The translations under genes were made by a program, and so were the position numbers. Below the pieces are notes generated by a model. The model had not been told where the DNA came from. It searched no databases and saw only the letters and a list, made by a program, of their open reading frames with translations. A DNA stretch of 64,000 nt from contig OX597820.1 of assembly GCA_951406725.2 (NCBI GenBank), positions 43,896,001-43,960,000 on the forward strand, in the 5' to 3' direction. This document shows positions 56,532-64,000 of this stretch, piece after piece (position 1 is the stretch's first letter; the number at the start of each line of letters is the position of its first letter). This DNA comes from Octopus vulgaris. Taxonomy: Eukaryota.

Positions 56532-57723
56532 TTGTGTATGCAGAGAGAGACACACACACTCAAAGACTGAGAGTGACAGAGGTGTGTGTGTGTGTCGAAG
56601 AGTGTGTATGAGTGCGTTTGTGAATATGTTACTATGTGTATAACTGTACAGCGTATCGTTGTTGTGTTTTCCTATCTTGCGACGAGAGGCGTCTGAAAGC
56701 ATTTATCTTCGGACAAACATGATGATGTTATCTAAAAATTAAAATAAAAGAATGGATTCATACTACATCATAAATAGAATAAAGCAAATAATTATGAATT
56801 ATCAATTATACGGATTTTTTTTTTCCTTTACATCAACAAATAACAAAATTTTAGAAATTACTGGAATTTTTTTTTTTTTTTTGCTTCTTTTGTTTTTTCA
56901 TATTATTCAATCACGACTTCTTTAAAATGAGAACGTGATTTGGAGGTCAAATTGAAATGGATGATAATTTTTAAAGAATCGTCTATGAAAGCTACGTAGC
57001 GGCAATATGCAGAATCGCAATATGCGTTAGTGAAATTAATTTGTCGTATTTGTTGCAGTTATTGATGTTTTCAGTTCAAATCACGCCGAGGTCAACTTTG
57101 CATGGTAACCTTCCGTGTTCATAAGATGAAGTAGCAGACAAGATTAATGGAATTGTGAAAGTGTTAAATGTAATGATTTGCTGTATTTGTTACAGTAAGT
57201 CACTAAGAACATAAAGCGTTCGATGAAAGGCAAAAGGAGAAAATATACATATTCTGCCAAGGAAGTTCTATGGCAAACACATACTGCTTGTTCATGAAAT
57301 CGCTAAAAGTCATTTGTTGACTTGATAGTATGGACAAATATCATGGATATATCAGTGAGATGTGATAGAAAAAGAAATGATTCAACTATAGTCCTTTATA
57401 AGGAAACATAAAGGTTAAGCGAATATTTTTGAGTTGGTTATGTAAGATACTCTGATGAAGAAGGGCATCACCACAAGACTTTCCAGACTGAGAAAGTGAA
57501 GAATTTATGATTAGATGCAAGTCCTGGACTGAATGCTTGCAACAAAGTGTACTCCTGTAAAGCACCCAGAGCATGGCAGTGCTATTAAACCGAGGCATGT
57601 CTTATTATATATAACATGTAAGAAGAGGAACGGTCATTCCTGCAGAAATCCCATTTAATTTTATCATATTTAACTTGGAAGGATATGAGGCTATGGCAGA
57701 AGGCACCCATCTAAACATTTGTA

Positions 57724-57941
57724 CGAGGGGGTACTGAAAGGTTTCTGGCTTTGGGTAAAAGATAATACATGAGGGTCAGTTACTTATGATTTTAGTCTAC
57801 ATAGTCTCCTTTCAGATTTACAGACTTATTACAGCGGTCCTTCAATTTTTTTTTCTAACATGGTAAAAGAACTCAGAGCGTTGGGCCTCTAACCAGGCCT
57901 TTCACAATACTCTTAAAGTCAGGAACTTTTCAGCACCCTCA
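57724..57941 (-). mobile_element. Mariner-derived MITE (~220 bp)
   Basis: TA|CGAGGGGGTACTGAAAGGTTTCTGGCTTT versus AAAGTCAGGAACTTTTCAGCACCCTC. The interior encodes a mariner C-terminus remnant (KAWLEAQRSEFFY..LKDRCNKSVNLKGDYVD). Confidence 0.8.
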
Positions 57942-58226
57942 CCCACTCATACACTGGGTTCGAATCTTTAAACATGGTGGTAACAAATGAGCCTGAATTA
58001 TTATAGTGATTTCACGTATGGCATTCCTAGATTTCATCAAAGCTACTTGTCACTTATACAAGGAGGAATATATTTGCTGATGGTTTGATTTTCATTATAA
58101 TATCTGGTAGACGTGACTTTGTAGGAAAGAGTGTTACAAAAATGCGTTAGTCATTTGCAGAAAATGTAGTCTCGCAATCTAAAGTGTATAAAACTCATAG
58201 TCAGTCGTTCTGTTCTTTCTATAATT

Positions 58227-58303
<77 letters not shown>

Positions 58304-58334
58304 ATCTATCTATCTATCTATCTGTCTATCTATC

Positions 58335-59870
58335 TCTCCGTTTCTGGGATATATCAAGTGATAGGCTAGCATGTCTGTACATTAGGTATTCCGACATCAG
58401 AGACAAAGTGAGTATGTATGAAAGTTCGAGACAAGGAAATTCACAGTGCATTAGAAATAAAATAGAATAAAGAGTAAAAGTAGATAGAATACAGACAGAA
58501 TACATCTTTAGATTCTTCCATAGGTTCAAATGCAAGCAAAATCAACACACATAACACTTGCCTATATGCATCCACGGTTGTTACAATATGCGTACATTTT
58601 TCCATTTATTTCTCTTCTCTATCAACATGAGTATCTTAGAAGCTATATAGCTTTAATTCTTTTAATTTAACTTTTTAATTCAACTTTTAACCTTTAATTT
58701 TTATTTTAGTTAATTATTCATCCATTTAATTGTTGTCTTATACTATATATGCCCCCTTAAGCTAGGCAGCTATTTTTAGCTATCCCTACTGACCGCTGAA
58801 CTAAGTATTCTCTCTGACCACACCTAACCTAGAATTAATCGACATAAATACCTTCCTCCTTCACTTTACCAAATCCTTATACCTATTTCTTTATTACCCA
58901 CAAGAGGCTAAACATAGAGGGGACAAACAAGGGCATAGGTATTAAGTCGATTACATCGACCCCAGTGCGTAACTGGTACTTAATTTATCGACTCCGAAAG
59001 GATGAAAGGCAAAGTCGACCTCGGCGGAATTTGAACTCAGAACGTAATGACAGACGAAATACCTATTTCTTTACTACCCACAAGGGGCTAAACACAGAGA
59101 GGACGAACAAGGACAGACAAACGGGTAAAGTCGTTTATATCGACTAACTGGTATTTAATTTATCGACCCCGAAAGGATAAAAGGCAAAGTCGACGTCGGC
59201 GGAATTTGAACTCAGACGAAATACCGCTAAGCATTTCGCCCGGCGTTCTAACATTTCTATCAGTTCACCGCCTTACATTTCTACCAGCTCACCAAATCCT
59301 TATACCCTAACCTTTCAATCGACACTTTCGAAGAATAAACTGGTATCTTATCGCTATCTTTATATTTTAGTTGTTATCTTTTACTTTTGATTTTTGAATT
59401 TACTTTCGCTCTCATTCCTTTTTCCTTCAACCATCCCATTCCTTTTTTCTCTCTTTCTCGTCTCTCTTCTATCCATTCGCTCACAATCCATTTCTGTCTA
59501 TCTTGATGATTGTCTTTCTCACTCTATATACCCACGTGGACCATTTACATGCTAGCTAACCACTTAATGCATTACATCAACATGAACGCATCATTCAAAA
59601 TACTACCAAAATACTGCCTGGATTTACCTAAGGATCTATACCTTCACGAAAGTACGGACAAATCTCCACACACTCTGAAAAATGATGAACTGTGAACTTC
59701 ATTCTCCGGTTTATGTTCTTCTATCTACTTTTACCCTTTATTCTACAATTTTATTCCTTATAAACTGCAAATTTTCCTGTCTAGAACTTCCATACATATT
59801 CACCTTGTCTCTGACGATCCAGTGGATGGACATGCTAGCCAATCACTTGGCAAATCCCAGAAACAGCAGT
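58335..59870. mobile_element. Pair of inverted ~170-bp homologous segments with hammerhead-like cores (probable PLE termini)
   Basis: The reverse complement of 58340-58500 aligns with 59700-59865; CTGA(C/T)G(A/T)...ATCCCAGAAAC occurs in both. Confidence 0.6.
58884..59290 (-). mobile_element. Family A SINE nested dimer with 16-bp outer TSD
   Basis: ACCAAATCCTTATACC at 58868-58883 and 59291-59306; two Meta-like domains. Confidence 0.9.
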
Positions 59871-60319
59871 AAGGCTTCAAATTCACCTTACCCAAACTCA
59901 ACTATTTTAAATTACTTGAGATACTGTTCTTACCTTGGTTTTTGTTGTCTGTTTTCCTCTAATATAATACATACCTGCTAACACGGAAGCCTAATACGGA
60001 TCCCTAGCCCTAGCCTTAGCTGTGAACAAGGAACCTAACAGATGACCAATTATAGCACTTACTCAGAGTACCTATTCGTTTAGATCACTAAAACCCCTCA
60101 TTTTATTTATAAGGGTTTTCTTCCCATGCTGCCACTTGATTTGATCATTATTTAGAATAACGCTCTTATCCTTATTCAAATGTATAAATTTATACACACA
60201 CATCTATATGTAGAGAGAGAGAAGCGAAGTACACACATATGTATGTATTGGTATATATGTGTATTCAAGCAAACATATATATAGGTAGGTGTATATATAT
60301 ATATATATATATATATTAT

Positions 60320-60432
60320 AAAATTGTCAAATAACCATTATAATTTATACGCATAAATTATAATGGTTATTTGACAATTTTTGTCATTCTTTCGGCATAT
60401 TTGGCATTAGAATTTTTCTTTTGCCCTTATTT

Positions 60433-60435
<3 letters not shown>
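60320..60435. repeat. Perfect 29-bp-arm hairpin with unpaired extension, between (TA)n tracts
   Basis: AAAATTGTCAAATAACCATTATAATTTAT-ACGC-ATAAATTATAATGGTTATTTGACAATTTT, then about 50 bp of unique sequence. Confidence 0.88.
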
Positions 60436-60490
<55 letters not shown>

Positions 60491-60501
60491 CATATATATA
60501 C

Positions 60502-60566
<65 letters not shown>

Positions 60567-60624
60567 GTGTGTGTGTATAAAATATATACATGCATACATA
60601 CATATATATATATATTTTAATTCA

Positions 60625-60852
60625 TTTTTAGTTGAGTCGAACAAATCTACTCCACGACTTATTCTTTGTAAGCCTAGTACTTATTCTATCCGTCTCTTTT
60701 GCCGAATCGTTAAGTTACGGGGACGTAAACACACCGAAAATCGGTTGGCAAGTGATGGTGGGGGTACAAACACAGACACACGCACATAAATATATACATT
60801 AATATGAACCCGGAACAATGTGGTTGGGAAGCAAGCTTCTTACCACGCTTGC

Positions 60853-60855
<3 letters not shown>
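60625..60855 (-). mobile_element. SINE family B, internally deleted
   Basis: TTATTCTTTGTAAGCCTAGTACTTATTCTATC..GGACGTAAACACACC; GAACCCGGAACAATGTGGTTGGGAAGCAAGC. Confidence 0.8.
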
Positions 60856-60893
<38 letters not shown>

Positions 60894-60970
60894 TGAATGT
60901 GTGTGTATGTATATATATATATATTTGTTTGTGTGTGTGCATATATAGATAGATAGATAAACTACTAACT

Positions 60971-61028
<58 letters not shown>

Positions 61029-61040
61029 TATTATATAAGA

Positions 61041-61362
61041 CGAGCTGGCAGAAACTTTAGCACGCCGGGCGAAATGCGTAGCCGTATTTCGTCTGCCGCT
61101 ACGTTCTGAGTTCAAATTCCGCCGAGGTCGACTTTGCCTTTCATCCTTTCGGGGTCTGTTAAACAAGTACCAGTTATGCACTGGGGTCGATATAATCGAC
61201 TTAGTCCGTTCGTCTGTCCTTGTTTGTCCTCTCTGTGTTTAGCCCCTTGTGAGTAGTAAAGAAATAAGTATTTCGTCTGTCTTTAAGTTCTGAGTTCAAA
61301 TACCGCCGATGTCGACTTTCTCTTTCACCCGTTCGGGAGCTGTTAATTTAAGTACCAGTTGC
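61041..61362 (+). mobile_element. Family A SINE nested dimer
   Basis: Young tail-A unit joined at AAAGAAATAAGTATTTCGTCTG (about 61260) to a diverged, truncated unit. Confidence 0.88.
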
Positions 61363-61667
61363 ATCGAACGAATTAATGTTCAATACGTTGTAATATACAC
61401 AGTTTATTGAAACTTAAAACTATTTTCAAAACGGTATTTTCATACCGCTGCAAGCGTCAGGTGAGACATTTCGCGATTCCGGTTAGCAATATATCTATAT
61501 GCATTGACGTAGGTATGATTTCATAAGTTGCCTTAAGATCTTGTGCACCCATAGACGAAACTCGGAGTCATGAAGTAACGAATGACAGACACAACCCAAA
61601 TACAATATATTATTAAACTCTTCTACAGTATAGAGTCTTCGTTTTCCCAACAGTCAAAACTAAACAT

Positions 61668-61698
<31 letters not shown>

Positions 61699-62139
61699 AT
61701 GTATGTATGTATATCTATATATACATATATGTATGTATATACATATATATACATATTTGCATGTATATATATATATATGTATACATATATGTATGTTTAT
61801 TTATACATATTTTATGTATAATGTATATATATATATATATATATATATACAAATATATATATATATATGTATATACAATATAATATTATATTACATTATA
61901 TTTATGTGTGCATCTTGATTTGCTTTATGTATCTGTGTGCGCATGTGTGAACGTATGTGTCTACATCTAGGCACACCAATAGATATGGGTGTATATTAAA
62001 TATGTTTATATATGACGTAAACTGAAGGATAGGAAATGATATTTGTTTAATGTGGTTAAATCTGAAAATACCCAGAGTTTTTATTAAACCATAAAACTTA
62101 ACTACATGAACCTACATATACATACATACATATATATAT

Positions 62140-62181
<42 letters not shown>

Positions 62182-62738
62182 GCACACACGCACACATACC
62201 TGTACACATGCATACCAATACACACGCATACACACACACATATCTGTGTTCTACATTTTTTGCTTACTGTCGCTTACGTGTTCTCCTCTTTCGCCTCTTT
62301 ATTTTAAAAATATTTAAATTTCTATTTAAATATCAGACTCTAGGTATACTTGCAGTCATTTGCAAGCAGCAACTGTTTACGTATCTATATTTTGTTTCAT
62401 ATTGATTTAAATCCGATAATATAATTCGTCATTTGGTTTTACTACCAATATAAAAAGGAATTGCGATTTTTCATCTCTATTTTTTATATTCAAACCCACA
62501 AACATACATACACACGTACCCTCGTATGCGTGTGTTTGCGTGCGTGAGTGTATTTTCTATACTGGAATATACAGTAATGGAGGAATATTAAATACGAAAT
62601 GCTCATAAAAATAGGAAACCATCTATAAGCGAAAAAACATAGATGTCTGTATACATATATGTGTGTGTGCGTGCATGTGTATGTGGGTCGGCTTTTCTGT
62701 GTGTCTATCTATCTATATATATGTATGTGTGTGAATAA

Positions 62739-62769
<31 letters not shown>

Positions 62770-62770
62770 T

Positions 62771-62933
62771 AGGCGGAGGCGTGGCCGTGTGATAAGAAGC
62801 TTGCTTCCCAACCACATGGTTCCGGGTTCAGTCCCACTGCCTGGCACCTTAGATAAGTGTCTTCTACTATAGCCTGGAGCCGATCAAAGCCTTGTGAGTG
62901 GATTTGGTAAACGGAAACTGAAAGAAACCCCAC

Positions 62934-62935
<2 letters not shown>
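62771..62935 (+). mobile_element. SINE family B head within (TA)n
   Basis: AGGCGGAGGCGTGGCCGTGTGATAAGAAGCTTGCTTCCCAACCACATGGTTCCGGGTTCAGTCCC...GGAAACTGAAAGAAACCC. Confidence 0.88.
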
Positions 62936-62986
<51 letters not shown>

Positions 62987-62988
<2 letters not shown>

Positions 62989-63689
62989 AAAATAGGACAA
63001 GAATGCAAAACATCCAGACAGGTGATACTACAAAAAAGAGGAAAAAAACAGACGATGCAAAGAAAACAAGGACCGGTCATTCGGAGTTTTCTATCCACAG
63101 TCGAGTTCCAGATTTTCTTTGCAATTTCGGCTGGTTATACTCGAGATTCCTCCAATCTGGCCAGCCCCAAGGAAAACTAAGCTTAGAGTATTAGACTCCT
63201 TGGAAGAAAGCAGCGAAAGTATACGAAAACAAGGACGAAAAAATGGAGAAATGTTACACAAATACAAATGCAAGTAACAGGACATAACAACAGGTGTCTT
63301 TCGACTAAGGACGAATTAAATTAAGCTGGTGTGTGTGGAAGTAAAATCTTACGGCTGGAACATAAGATTTAACATGCACATGAAGGAATATAATTGTAGC
63401 GGGGATGGTAGTGGAACCAAGAAGGAAAAGTGAGGGTTGGCCGAACACCAGTCACGTGGGGAGAGAAGAGAGAGAAGCAGAGGCAGAGGGGTAGGAGAAT
63501 TAAGGAGGTGCAAGAAAAAATGTAAGGACACCGTGAAGTAAAAAAAGGGGCGAAAGTGAGCATGAAGAGAAGACCAGGAAATGTAAGAGAGAGAGGGAAC
63601 AAAAGAACGAAGAGTGGAATGGATGAAGTAAGAGTGAAAGGGCTGATAAAAAGAAGGAAAGAATAGAAAGAATAATAGAGTCGTACAAA

Positions 63690-63731
<42 letters not shown>

Positions 63732-64000
63732 TTAGATATAAGAGACCAAAGTGTACGTACGCCGCTATATACTTATATATTTTAAAAAATACAAAAATGG
63801 GACAAGAACGCAAAACATCCAGACAGTTAGGTGACAAAAAAAGGGACTAAAAACATCCAAACAGACAATACAAAGAAAACAAGGACGGGTCATTCGGAGT
63901 TTTCTATCCTCAGTTGAGTTCCAGATTATCTTTGCAATTCCGGCTAGTTATACTCGAGATTGCTCCAATCTGGCCATCCCCAAGGAAAAACTAAGCTAAG
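62987..64000 (-). mobile_element. Two direct copies (~805 bp apart) of an unclassified repeat next to (TA)n, possibly PLE-derived
   Basis: 62987-63185 aligns with 63792-64000 (CAAAAAT.GGACAAGAA..AAACATCCAGACAG..TCATTCGGAGTTT..TATACTCGAGATT..CCCCAAGGAAAA). Confidence 0.6.

Noticed and set aside
57230-57560. Possible decayed RT fragment, and CTGATGA at about 57451 as a hammerhead core
   Set aside because: Only FVDL-like traces remain, and no stem II or GAAA follows the CTGATGA.

Overview
This window is AT-rich, microsatellite-saturated eukaryotic DNA. The repeat style and SINE content point to an octopod cephalopod (inferred, not verified). No intact host gene is visible, only a few weak exon candidates, and almost all ORF-track entries are translations of simple repeats. 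Recognisable elements are a decayed Tx1/L1-clade LINE embedded in (GATA)n (27753-31652), a 5'-truncated Penelope-like element (PLE) with RT and GIY-YIG domains (about 17300-18990), several Tc1/mariner relics, and dozens of tRNA-derived SINEs from at least four families. Two patterns stand out. (1) A Meta-domain SINE subfamily appears to insert repeatedly at one fixed site (GGTATTTCGTCTG) inside the head of its own family, building polarised arrays with a ~185-bp period; a target-site duplication is visible at 52032-52045/52271-52284. (2) At least six unrelated fold-back elements, mostly next to (TA)n tracts, together with hammerhead-ribozyme-like motifs, are consistent with PLE terminal repeats.
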